Origin: Dehalococcoidales bacterium
Lineage (GTDB): Bacteria > Chloroflexota > Dehalococcoidia > Dehalococcoidales > UBA5760
Direction of reading: 5' to 3'
NCBI GenBank assembly: GCA_034414575.1
Contig: DAOULZ010000011.1
Location: forward strand, 14,318-78,317
DNA length: 64,000 nucleotides
The notes below the pieces were generated by a model. It had not been told where the DNA came from, searched no databases, and worked only from the letters and a program-made list of their open reading frames with translations. The position numbers and the translations under genes are program-made. Shown piece by piece: positions 17,377 to 26,196 of this stretch (position 1 is its first letter; every line of letters starts with the position of its first letter).

Positions 17377-18310
17377 TAGAAAACCAGTCTATGGTTTGTA
17401 CTAGTCCTTCTTCCAAGCTGTACCTAGGTTTATATCTAAATGCCCTAGCCTTGGAGATATCTGCCAAGCTGCGTCTGGTATCACCTGGCCGCGGCGCTTG
17501 GTAAATCGGGTCTACCGTGCTGCCCATAAGTTTAATGGTAAGGTTGGCTAGCTCGCTTATGGTGATACTCACGCTGGCTCCAACATTAAAAGCCCCGGTA
17601 GCATTGCTCTCGCAAGCCAGGATGTTGGCGGCTATGGCATCGGCGATAAAGGTAAAGTCCCTGGTTTGATGACCATCGCCGAAGATAATGGGGGGATTCC
17701 CTTCCAAGAGTCTCTTGATAAACCTGGGTATGACGGCGGCGTAATCAGAGTTGGGGTCCTGCCTCGGACCGTAGACATTGAAATATCTCAGGCGTGCCGT
17801 GGGCAGGCCGTATATCTCCTGAAACACCCGGCAATAGTGCTCTCCGGCGACCTTGGTTATGGCATAAGGAGACCTGGGTCCTAAGGGCATATCCTCCTTT
17901 CGGGGCAGAACTGGTGAGTCACGGTAAACGGACGAAGATGAGGCGTAGATAACCTTTTTGATGTTGTTATCCCTTGCCGCTAGGAGCACGTTTAGGGTTC
18001 CCGTGATGTTTACTTCGTGGGAAGCGGCCGGGTTCTTTACACTCCGGGGAATGCTGGAGAGGGCCGCTTGGTGGAATATGTAGTCGGCGTCCCGAAATAA
18101 CTTATGTAGCAGAGGAAGGTCGGTAATGCTGCCCTGAATGAACTCTACCTTAGGCTTATCAAGTAACGGCTTTAGGTTTTTTATCTTACCGGTGGAGAGG
18201 TCATCAAGAATGATGACATGGTAACCTCGCCTTACCAGCTCTTGAGCAAGATGGGAACCGATAAATCCAGCACCACCGGTGACAACTGACCGTTTCATCT
18301 GCCCTTTCAT
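17366..18310 (-). CDS. NAD-dependent sugar epimerase (WbpP/TviC-like extended SDR)
   Basis: VTGGAGFIGSH and YAITKVAGE (YxxxK); 314 aa. Pairing with the dehydrogenase mirrors the TviB/TviC and WbpO/WbpP gene pairs. Confidence 0.8.
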   Translation of the reverse strand: MKGQMKRSVVTGGAGFIGSHLAQELVRRGYHVIILDDLSTGKIKNLKPLLDKPKVEFIQGSITDLPLLHKLFRDADYIFHQAALSSIPRSVKNPAASHEVNITGTLNVLLAARDNNIKKVIYASSSSVYRDSPVLPRKEDMPLGPRSPYAITKVAGEHYCRVFQEIYGLPTARLRYFNVYGPRQDPNSDYAAVIPRFIKRLLEGNPPIIFGDGHQTRDFTFIADAIAANILACESNATGAFNVGASVSITISELANLTIKLMGSTVDPIYQAPRPGDTRRSLADISKARAFRYKPRYSLEEGLVQTIDWFSNEQ

Positions 18311-18432
18311 TTCCAGCTTTGTAAATGCGCTTTAGTTTTCTCCGCGCTAAATTCCCTCGAACTAATCTACCTTTCTCTCAGGATAGGGCATAAGTTACAT
18401 CAAGTGAAGTTTAGTTTTAGGCTGCACCTGAG

Positions 18433-18461
18433 ATTATAAACCAAAATAAGACAGATGTCAA
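18433..18461 (-). promoter_or_regulatory. consensus promoter for the epimerase/dehydrogenase operon (TTGACA-17-TATAAT on the - strand)
   Basis: The reverse complement of 18456-18461 is TTGACA and of 18433-18438 is TATAAT. The spacer is exactly 17 nt. Confidence 0.6.
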
Positions 18462-18478
18462 TATATATGGCTTTTATA

Positions 18479-18507
18479 TTGACAAAAGTCCAATTCTAGT
18501 GTATAAT
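18479..18507 (+). promoter_or_regulatory. consensus promoter (TTGACA-17-TATAAT) heading the + strand glycan genes
   Basis: TTGACA at 18479-18484, a 17-nt spacer, TATAAT at 18502-18507. It sits back-to-back with the - strand promoter. Confidence 0.6.
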
Positions 18508-18561
18508 CGCTTCAGATGCCGTGGATAACGGCACGGCATTTGAGGCAGTCTTCGAGGCAAA

Positions 18562-18759
18562 ATGGCAGGATTAAAGGAAAAGATTAGGGCGCTGCGTGAG
18601 AAGAGAGGCTGGTCGCAAGAGGATTTGGCACGGGAGATAGGGGTTAGCCTGTCAACGATTCAGCGATGGGAGACAAGAGACTATAAGCCCTCTCGCTTGG
18701 CTCACCGAGAGCTGTCAAAACTGCTCAAAAAGGCAGGGATTGAGGAGAAAGAGGGGTAG
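18562..18759 (+). CDS. XRE-family HTH transcriptional regulator (65 aa)
   Basis: LREKRGWSQEDLAREIGVSLSTIQRWE is a canonical Cro/C1-type HTH. Confidence 0.8.
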   Translation: MAGLKEKIRALREKRGWSQEDLAREIGVSLSTIQRWETRDYKPSRLAHRELSKLLKKAGIEEKEG

Positions 18760-18891
18760 CCGGAAGGCCAGGGTGCTAAATCGGGTAGTAGGTAGGCGGC
18801 GCGTCTTAAAGAAGCATTATGGGGCACAGAAATAGACTGAGGTGGTGAGAGATAACACTATCGTGCTCTCAGGCCCCTCGGGAGGCGTAAG

Positions 18892-19593
18892 GTGAAGGTC
18901 ATAGCTGGTATCCCGGCCTACAATGAGGCGGAAATCATTGGTGATATTGTTTGCCGGACCTCAAATCATGTCGATGAGGTCGTTGTCGTCGATGACGGCT
19001 CTAGTGATAATACTGCTCAAGTAGCCAGGAGTGCTGGGGCCACTGTGATCAGGAGCGAGAATAACAGAGGTGCTGGCGGGGCAACCAAGCTATGTTTTCA
19101 GCAGGCCAGAGAGAGGGATGCCGATGTCCTAGTTACCATAGACGGCGATGGGCAACACAATGCGGAAGAAATTCCAATCGTTATCGCCCCAATTCTTCAG
19201 GGACAAGCTGACCTGGTAATCGGCTCGAGATTTCTCGATACGGGGTGTCAGATTCCTCGCTACAGAAGGTTTGGTATCACTGTCATCTCAACTTTACTAA
19301 ACTTCGCCTCCAAGGTAAGTGTGTCGGATTCTCAGAGTTGCTATCGGGCCTACAGCAAAAAGGCGCTGAGGTCACTCGATATTACCGAGCCGGGGTTTGC
19401 TTTCAGTGTTGAATTGATAATAAAGGCAAGGCGCAAAGGGTTGGTTATTGACGAAGTACCGATATCTTGCATCTATCATTCCCAAAGCCACAGCCTAAAT
19501 CCGGTTGTCCATGGCGTGGGGGTAGCCCTTTCTGTAATCAGACTGCGTGCTGGCCGGCTTTTACCTAACTCAGCCGGAGTAAGTAATGGTTGA
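18892..19593 (+). CDS. GT2 glycosyltransferase, polyprenyl-phosphate sugar synthase-like (DPM1/GtrB/ArnC type)
   Basis: GIPAYNEAEII...VVVVDDGSSDNT...DGDGQH; 233 aa; GTG start with GGAGG upstream. Confidence 0.75.
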   Translation: MKVIAGIPAYNEAEIIGDIVCRTSNHVDEVVVVDDGSSDNTAQVARSAGATVIRSENNRGAGGATKLCFQQARERDADVLVTIDGDGQHNAEEIPIVIAPILQGQADLVIGSRFLDTGCQIPRYRRFGITVISTLLNFASKVSVSDSQSCYRAYSKKALRSLDITEPGFAFSVELIIKARRKGLVIDEVPISCIYHSQSHSLNPVVHGVGVALSVIRLRAGRLLPNSAGVSNG

Positions 19594-19686
19594 GATAAAA
19601 GACTAGAGCGCACGCCTATATGCAGTGCCTAGATCCGGGGCAACCTTACACCGAAGGTGGCACCGTGATTTTCAGGTGCCGACGAA

Positions 19687-20787
19687 TTGAAAAGGAGTCT
19701 CAAGCTGAAAGTAGCCGTAATTCTGGGAACTCGGCCCGAAATAATTAAAATGGCTCCGGTCATCAGGGAGCTGAAGAGCCAAAAGAAGGAGTATTTCATC
19801 CTCCATACCGGTCAGCATTATGCCTATAATTTGGACAGGCTGTTCTTCGATCAGTTAGGGCTCCCGGAGGCAAAGTACAACCTGGAAGTTGGCTCAGGTT
19901 CACATGCCGAGCAAACGGCGGGAATACTTATTGGTGTGGAGAAGGTCTTGGAGCAGGAATGTCCTGATATTGTGCTGGTTGAAGGTGATACTAATTCGGT
20001 TTTGGCCGCTGCCCTGGCCGCCACCAAGCTCCAAATGAGAGTGGGGCATGTCGAGGCCGGGTTGAGAAGCTATGACAGAAATATGCCCGAGGAAATAAAC
20101 CGTGTTCTGGCTGACCATATCTCTGACTTCCTCTTTGCCCCTACCGAGAAGTCGAGGGGGATTTTGATTGGTGAAGGTATTCCAGAAGGCAGGATATCGG
20201 TCACGGGTAACACTATCGTGGATGCCGTCTATGAAAACCTAGAAATTGCCAAAAGGAGGGCTAACGCTATCGGTACTGCTCGTGTCCTCGAGCCAGGAGA
20301 GTATTTTCTAGTCACACTTCACCGACCGGAGAATGTCGATAACCGTGCCCGCTTCGCCTCTATATTGGAGGGTCTTGATGAGGTAGCCCGCGAATTTGGG
20401 GTGCTGATGGTCTATCCTGCCCACCCCCGTTCCATAAATATGATGGGCCGCTTCGGTCTCCAGCCCAAAGAGGTCAGGCTCACTGAGCCGGTGGATTTCC
20501 TTGACTTCTTACGACTTGAGAGCGGTGCCAGGCTGGTACTGACCGACTCCGGTGGTGTTCAGGAGGAGGCCTGTATCCTCAGTGTACCCTGTGTCACCCT
20601 GAGGGATAACACCGAGCGGCCGGAAACGCTTGAGGTGGGCGCCAACATTCTGGCTGGCGTTTTACCGGAGCGGATACTTGAGTGCTCCGGGGTGATGCTC
20701 AGCCGCAGGAACGGTTGGCAGAATCCTTTCGGTGATGGCGAGGCGGGGAAGAGAATTGTCCGCGTACTGGAGGAGGCAATTCAGTGA
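19687..20787 (+). CDS. wecB: UDP-N-acetylglucosamine 2-epimerase (non-hydrolysing), WecB/WbpI-like
   Basis: GTRPEIIKMAPV, HVEAGLRS and DSGGVQEEA. The exact start is uncertain. Confidence 0.85.
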   Translation: MKRSLKLKVAVILGTRPEIIKMAPVIRELKSQKKEYFILHTGQHYAYNLDRLFFDQLGLPEAKYNLEVGSGSHAEQTAGILIGVEKVLEQECPDIVLVEGDTNSVLAAALAATKLQMRVGHVEAGLRSYDRNMPEEINRVLADHISDFLFAPTEKSRGILIGEGIPEGRISVTGNTIVDAVYENLEIAKRRANAIGTARVLEPGEYFLVTLHRPENVDNRARFASILEGLDEVAREFGVLMVYPAHPRSINMMGRFGLQPKEVRLTEPVDFLDFLRLESGARLVLTDSGGVQEEACILSVPCVTLRDNTERPETLEVGANILAGVLPERILECSGVMLSRRNGWQNPFGDGEAGKRIVRVLEEAIQ

Positions 20788-20803
20788 GCAAACGGAGGCG
20801 GAT

Positions 20804-21724
20804 ATGAAGGTACTGGTAACTGGGGGGACGGGCTTTATCGGCTCCAACCTCGTCCCCGAACTGGAAAGTCGCGGTCACGAGGTCTGGGTCTGTGACCTAG
20901 GGCAGTCAGAGGGACCGAATTACATCCGTGGTGACGTCTCCCAATACCGTCAGCTTGAGAGAATATTTCAAGAACACGGCTTTGACTATGTCTACCACCT
21001 GGCGGCGGAATACGGGCGCTGGAATGGCGAAGACTATTATGAAAACCTGTGGCTGACCAACGTGGTGGGCACCAAGAATATGCTGCGGCTTCAGGAGAAG
21101 GAGGGCTTCCGGATGGTCTTCTTTTCCAGTGCCGAGGTCTATGGCGACTATGATGGGATTATGAGTGAGGACGTCATGGATAGGGTGCCGATAAAGCAGA
21201 TGAACGATTATGCCATGACCAAGTGGGTGGGTGAGCTTGCGGTGCTGAACTCGGCAGCCATGTTTGGTACCGAGACGGTGAGGGTGAGGCCGGTTAATGC
21301 CTATGGTCCTCATGAGCACTATAGCCCCTATCGTGGCGTGGTACCGAACTTTATCTATAAGGCGCTAAAGGACGAGCCCTATACGGTTTATCTCGGGCAC
21401 AGGCGTATTTTTGATTATGTCGAAGATACCTGCCGCACCTTTGCCAATATCATCGAGAATTTCAAGGCCGGAGAGGTCTACAACGTAGGTGGCAAGGAGG
21501 AGTGGGAGCATGAGATAAAGTACGTCTCTGACCTCATTCTGGAGCACCTGTCTAAGGATGACTCCGGGGTCACCTATAAAGAGGCGGAGCCATTCACCAC
21601 CAGAGTCAAGCACATGGACTTCTCCAAGGCGAGGCAGGACTTGGGGCATGAGCCTAAGACTCCTCTGGAAGCCGGGATACCAAGAACAATTGAATGGATG
21701 AGGAGGGTCTATGGCTTTAGTTGA
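20804..21724 (+). CDS. NAD-dependent epimerase/dehydratase (extended SDR)
   Basis: The ORF track starts at 20732. I prefer ATG at 20804 (MKVLVTGGTGFIGS) with GGAGG at 20795-20799. YAMTKWVGE provides the YxxxK motif. Confidence 0.8.
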   Translation: MKVLVTGGTGFIGSNLVPELESRGHEVWVCDLGQSEGPNYIRGDVSQYRQLERIFQEHGFDYVYHLAAEYGRWNGEDYYENLWLTNVVGTKNMLRLQEKEGFRMVFFSSAEVYGDYDGIMSEDVMDRVPIKQMNDYAMTKWVGELAVLNSAAMFGTETVRVRPVNAYGPHEHYSPYRGVVPNFIYKALKDEPYTVYLGHRRIFDYVEDTCRTFANIIENFKAGEVYNVGGKEEWEHEIKYVSDLILEHLSKDDSGVTYKEAEPFTTRVKHMDFSKARQDLGHEPKTPLEAGIPRTIEWMRRVYGFS

Positions 21725-22934
21725 AGAGTTACTGGGCTGCGAAGACATTAACCAGAATAGGGTGGAAGCGATGCGTAGGTGTACTAGGTGCATATTGCCG
21801 GAGACATTCCCGGGCATAGAGTTCGATGCCGGGGGAGTTTGTAACTATTGCCATAACTACCAGCCGATAGAGGTCCTGGGGGAGGGGGAGCTGGAAAAGG
21901 TACTGGCTCAGTACAGAAACAAAGGGGAACAATATGATTGCCTCGCCCCCATAAGCGGCGGGCGGGACAGTGCCTTTGTTCTCCATCAAATGGTTAAGAA
22001 ATATGAGATGAGGACGCTGGCCCTGACGGTTGATAGCGGTTTCATTTTGCCGGAGGGCTACCGAAACATTAAAAGAATAACGGAAGCCTTAAACGTGAAG
22101 CATGTTTTCCTGCGGGATGAAAAGCAGATTGAGACGGCGCGGCGTAATACTGAGATAAAGTTTCGGGGGTGGCTCAGGAAGCCTTCGATCCATACCATTG
22201 TCCCGGTGTTAAACAGCGGCGACAAAACGATGAACCTCCGTATGGCCAGATACGCCAAACAGAACAACATCCCGCTTATCATGGGGGGGAACGTGATTGG
22301 GAACTGCACCATTGAACAGGAGCATTGGAAGACAGGATTCCTGGGGGTTTTCCCTGATGAGCACGGCGTATACAGGCTGCCCGATAGGGGCAGGTTGCTG
22401 CTCTTATTCCTGCTCGAATATCTGAAAAACACCTCCAGCTTTAAGCTGCCCATTCTTAAGGAGTATATTACCGGGACGCTGGTTTACTTCTACGAGTCGC
22501 AGCTTAGACCGAAAGGGGTGAAACTCGTTGGCTTCTGGGACTATATCTACTGGAACGAGAGTGAGATTCTAGCCACGGTATGTAACCGGTTGGGCTGGTG
22601 GGGGGCAGCCGACCACACTACCACCTGGCGTATTGATGATAGTGCCTATCCGTTGATTAACTACCTTTACTACCGGTTAGTGGGCTTTACCGAGCACGAT
22701 GAAATGTACAGCAAGATGATTCGCGAGGGCCAGATTACCAGAGACGAAGCCCTGAAAAGGGTCTCGGCCGACCACCAGTCCCAGTGGATACACGGCCCCA
22801 GGCTGCTTACCAGTCTGGAAGAGTTGGGGGTTACCAAGGAGCATTTAGATGAGGCCCTGGAGGGATATCGGGGAAAACTCTGGAGGAAGTATTTTAAGAG
22901 AACTTCGGCAGCAGTCTTAGGGGAGGCGTTTTAA
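21711..22934 (+). CDS. N-acetyl sugar amidotransferase (WbpG/PseA-like PP-loop enzyme)
   Basis: N-terminal CTRCILPETFPGIEFDAGGVCNYC zinc-ribbon-like motif and the PP-loop PISGGRDSAF; 407 aa. Confidence 0.7.
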   Translation: MALVEELLGCEDINQNRVEAMRRCTRCILPETFPGIEFDAGGVCNYCHNYQPIEVLGEGELEKVLAQYRNKGEQYDCLAPISGGRDSAFVLHQMVKKYEMRTLALTVDSGFILPEGYRNIKRITEALNVKHVFLRDEKQIETARRNTEIKFRGWLRKPSIHTIVPVLNSGDKTMNLRMARYAKQNNIPLIMGGNVIGNCTIEQEHWKTGFLGVFPDEHGVYRLPDRGRLLLLFLLEYLKNTSSFKLPILKEYITGTLVYFYESQLRPKGVKLVGFWDYIYWNESEILATVCNRLGWWGAADHTTTWRIDDSAYPLINYLYYRLVGFTEHDEMYSKMIREGQITRDEALKRVSADHQSQWIHGPRLLTSLEELGVTKEHLDEALEGYRGKLWRKYFKRTSAAVLGEAF

Positions 22935-23019
22935 AAGAACCTCGGCAGCACTTCTAGGAGAAGTCTCACAAGAGCTGTCGGAGGGAAATTATAAATGAAG
23001 TGTTTATAAGGGTTACAGG

Positions 23020-24234
23020 ATGAAAATGCTGATCGTGCAGGACACAGACTGGATCAGGCGAAACCCGATTCAGCATACCCACCTCGCTGAGAGACTGGTA
23101 CTGAGGGGGCATAAGGTCAGGGTGATCGACTATGAAATCCTGTGGCGGACGGAGGGCAAGAAGGAACTGTTTTCGTCAAGGCAGGTTTTCCATATATCCA
23201 GAATTCTCAAAGATGCCCTCGTCACCGTAATCCGCCCCGGCATACTTAAGATACCGGTGCTCGATTACATCTCCATGCTGGTTACATATCGGCGGGAAAT
23301 ACGGCGGCAGATACGAGAATTTAAGCCCGACGTGATTATCAGTAATGATATCCTCTCCACTTACCTGTCTTACCAGGCAGCCAGGAAGGAGAACATCCCT
23401 ACTGTCTACTACATCATAGACGTTGAGTACGGTTTGGTGCCCTTCCGGTTTCTGCAGCCCATAGGTAAGGTAATCGAGGGCAAAAACATTAAGAATGCCG
23501 ACCTGGTGGTCGCCATTAATGAGGGACTTAGAGAATACGCTGTGCGGATGGGAGCACGGCCGGAGCGAACCCTGGTACTTAAAGCCGGTATCGACCCTGA
23601 GCAGTATAACCCGGGGATGGATGGCGGTCAGGTGAGGGAAGAATATGGAATCGGGCGGGAGGATACGGTGCTTCTCTTTATGGGCTGGCTGTACCACTTC
23701 TCCGGGTTGAAAGAGGTGGCTACCGAGCTATCTAGGATGGAGAATGGGCATATTAAGCTCCTTATCGTCGGTGACGGTGATGCCTTTAGCAACCTGCAAA
23801 TGATGGTGACTGAACTTGGCGTGTACGACCGGGTGATACTAACCGGCCGGCAGCCCTACCCCAGAATGCCCGAGTTTATAGCCTCAGCCGACGTCTGTTT
23901 GCTTCCTTCCCATACCAATGATGTTATGAGATCTAATGTGCCCATAAAGATGTATGAATATATGGCTATGGAGAAACCGGTGATTTCTACCAGGCTTCCC
24001 GGCGTGGCGCAGGAATTCGGCAAAAATAACGGCGTGGTCTATGTGGATGACCCGGAGGGAGTGATTACCAAGGCCATGGAGCTCATTGATAAGGGAAGGT
24101 TAAAGGAGACGGGCAGAAAAGCGAGAGCATTCGTTGCCCGATATAGCTGGGATAACATTACAGATCAGTTTGAGAAAATTCTAGAGGAGGCTGTCAGGAA
24201 GAAGCAGAATGAACAAGTATCGAAACGGGTATAA
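23020..24234 (+). CDS. GT4 (GT-B) glycosyltransferase
   Basis: 404 aa with the C-terminal GT4 signature region (GRQPYPRMPEFIASADVCLLPS...PIKMYEYMAMEKPVIST). Confidence 0.75.
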   Translation: MKMLIVQDTDWIRRNPIQHTHLAERLVLRGHKVRVIDYEILWRTEGKKELFSSRQVFHISRILKDALVTVIRPGILKIPVLDYISMLVTYRREIRRQIREFKPDVIISNDILSTYLSYQAARKENIPTVYYIIDVEYGLVPFRFLQPIGKVIEGKNIKNADLVVAINEGLREYAVRMGARPERTLVLKAGIDPEQYNPGMDGGQVREEYGIGREDTVLLFMGWLYHFSGLKEVATELSRMENGHIKLLIVGDGDAFSNLQMMVTELGVYDRVILTGRQPYPRMPEFIASADVCLLPSHTNDVMRSNVPIKMYEYMAMEKPVISTRLPGVAQEFGKNNGVVYVDDPEGVITKAMELIDKGRLKETGRKARAFVARYSWDNITDQFEKILEEAVRKKQNEQVSKRV

Positions 24235-25207
24235 AGGCAAGAATATCCTGATCACTGGCGGAGCGGGGTGCATTGGCAGTAACCTCACCCAGGCTCTCGT
24301 TGAGGCGCAGGCAGCTAAGATCATCGTCCTCGACGACCTGTCGGCTGCTGAAAGGTGGAATGTACCTGAGGCACCTAGCGTGGTCTTTATCCAGGGGAGT
24401 GTCCTGGACGATGAGGTTTTGAAAAGAGCTTTCTCTCAAAATCTTGATTTCGTTTTCCACCTGGCTGCCCACTTCGCCAATCAGAATTCGGTTGATAATC
24501 CAGACACGGATATGATGGTGAATGGACTGGGCACGCTCAAGGTGCTGCAGTACTCCCACCTCACCAAGGTAAAAAGGTTCGTCTTTGCTTCCTCCGGTTG
24601 CTCGGTTTATGGTAGCCAGGCGCCGCTGCCCCTTAAAGAGGACTTCGTTTCTATACACCTTGATACTCCTTATCAGATAACAAAGCTCCTGGGAGAACTC
24701 TACTGCAACTTCTTCTATAACTATTATGGCCTCCCCATAGCTATAGCCCGATATTTCAATGTCTACGGGCCGGGAGAAATCCCCGGCACCTACCGGAACG
24801 TCATCCCCAACTTTATCTGGTGGGCGTTGCATGAGAAAGCACTCTGCATAACCGGTTCCGGTGATGAGACTCGAGACTTTACCTTCGTGGAGGATATAGT
24901 TGACGGCACATTATTGCTCGGCATAGTTCCTGAGGCTGTCGGTGACGCCTTTAATCTGGCTTCGGAAAAGGAAACCAAGGTTATTGATATAGCCACGATG
25001 ATAAACGGAGTCACCGGCAACCAGAGCGGGGTAGAGTTTGTCTCGAGGAGGGAGTGGGATCGGATTACTCGTCGTCGGGCCTCTATCGGGAAGGCAAGAA
25101 GAGTCTTGGGTTATGAACCAAAGGTCAAGATAAGTGAGGGAATAGAGAGAACCTATCACTGGGTTACGGAAAAGCGGGATAGGATTGAGGGGAGGGCAAG
25201 ATTCTAG
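24209..25207 (+). CDS. NAD-dependent epimerase/dehydratase (UDP-glucuronate decarboxylase/4-epimerase-like SDR)
   Basis: ITGGAGCIGSN and YQITKLLGE; 332 aa. Confidence 0.75.
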   Translation: MNKYRNGYKGKNILITGGAGCIGSNLTQALVEAQAAKIIVLDDLSAAERWNVPEAPSVVFIQGSVLDDEVLKRAFSQNLDFVFHLAAHFANQNSVDNPDTDMMVNGLGTLKVLQYSHLTKVKRFVFASSGCSVYGSQAPLPLKEDFVSIHLDTPYQITKLLGELYCNFFYNYYGLPIAIARYFNVYGPGEIPGTYRNVIPNFIWWALHEKALCITGSGDETRDFTFVEDIVDGTLLLGIVPEAVGDAFNLASEKETKVIDIATMINGVTGNQSGVEFVSRREWDRITRRRASIGKARRVLGYEPKVKISEGIERTYHWVTEKRDRIEGRARF

Positions 25208-25220
25208 ATACGGGTAAGCC

Positions 25221-26162
25221 ATGGTGAAGAACGAAACTAGCGACCAGGATTATATTGTTGTCGATCCGCCAGAGGACACTTTTGGAGGTAACCTCATAAA
25301 CCTGGATAACCCGCCCAAGGTTTCCTTCTGTATTCCGACTAAGAATAACGCTAAAAAGCTTAAGGACTGCCTGGAGAGCATAATGCTTCAGGCGTATCCG
25401 CGTATTGAAATCGTGGTCGTTGACAACGGTTCCGCTGATAGTTCGCCGCAGGTAGCCAGAGAGTTTACCGACCATGTCCATTCCTGTGGGGGTCTCCTGG
25501 GAGAGGTGCGTCAGGTTTCTATCGAGAAGAGTAGCGGTGATATTGTCGCCCTGATGGACGATGATATCGTCTTCCCACACCCAAACTGGCTGGCTAGCGC
25601 CGTTAAATACTTCAACTACAGTAACCGGGTGAGTACGGTCTGGCCTCTTAATGTACCCCCACCCGGGGCTCCCTTGAGTACCAGATTATACTTTAACCTC
25701 TGGAAACTCGCTATGGAGGACCAGATTAAGAGGCATCGGGGTCTGTTTGGCGGTGGCAATGCTCTTTTCAGGCGAGAGTGTCTTGAAGAAATCGGTGGGG
25801 TTAATACCGCTATCCACTGGGGGGAGGATTACGACTGGGCAAAGAAGTTGAAGAGGCGGGGGTATCAGGTAGTCTACAGCAAAGACCCCATCTACCACAA
25901 TACTATGGACTCAATGCGGCAGTTTATACGAAAGCAGTTTGTGGGGGCGAGGACATTTGCCACCACCGGATTTCAACTAATGGATCTCTCGTTGGGGGAT
26001 GTGATTTACCAGCAGGTCATATTGGGTGCGAAAGCGATGGCACACGGGCTGGTCAGGGATAAAGACCTATCCTGGTCCCTTTTCCCGGTGTTCGTTGGGG
26101 CGCGGATTCTCGCTTATGGATACACTTACCTTCGTAACGGCGTCGGTGAGGTATTTAGATAG
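25221..26162 (+). CDS. GT2 glycosyltransferase
   Basis: VSFCIPTKNNAKKLKDCLESIMLQAYPRIEIVVVDNGSADSS and MDDD. Confidence 0.75.
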   Translation: MVKNETSDQDYIVVDPPEDTFGGNLINLDNPPKVSFCIPTKNNAKKLKDCLESIMLQAYPRIEIVVVDNGSADSSPQVAREFTDHVHSCGGLLGEVRQVSIEKSSGDIVALMDDDIVFPHPNWLASAVKYFNYSNRVSTVWPLNVPPPGAPLSTRLYFNLWKLAMEDQIKRHRGLFGGGNALFRRECLEEIGGVNTAIHWGEDYDWAKKLKRRGYQVVYSKDPIYHNTMDSMRQFIRKQFVGARTFATTGFQLMDLSLGDVIYQQVILGAKAMAHGLVRDKDLSWSLFPVFVGARILAYGYTYLRNGVGEVFR

Positions 26163-26196
26163 AGGCATCTAATCCAAAGGCAGTACCAAGGGGAGA

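Noticed and set aside
20732-20803. N-terminal 24-codon extension of the SDR gene overlapping wecB by 56 nt.
   Set aside because: The internal ATG at 20804 gives the canonical MKVLVTGGTGFIGS start with GGAGG 5 nt upstream. The extension would place a random peptide before the Rossmann fold.
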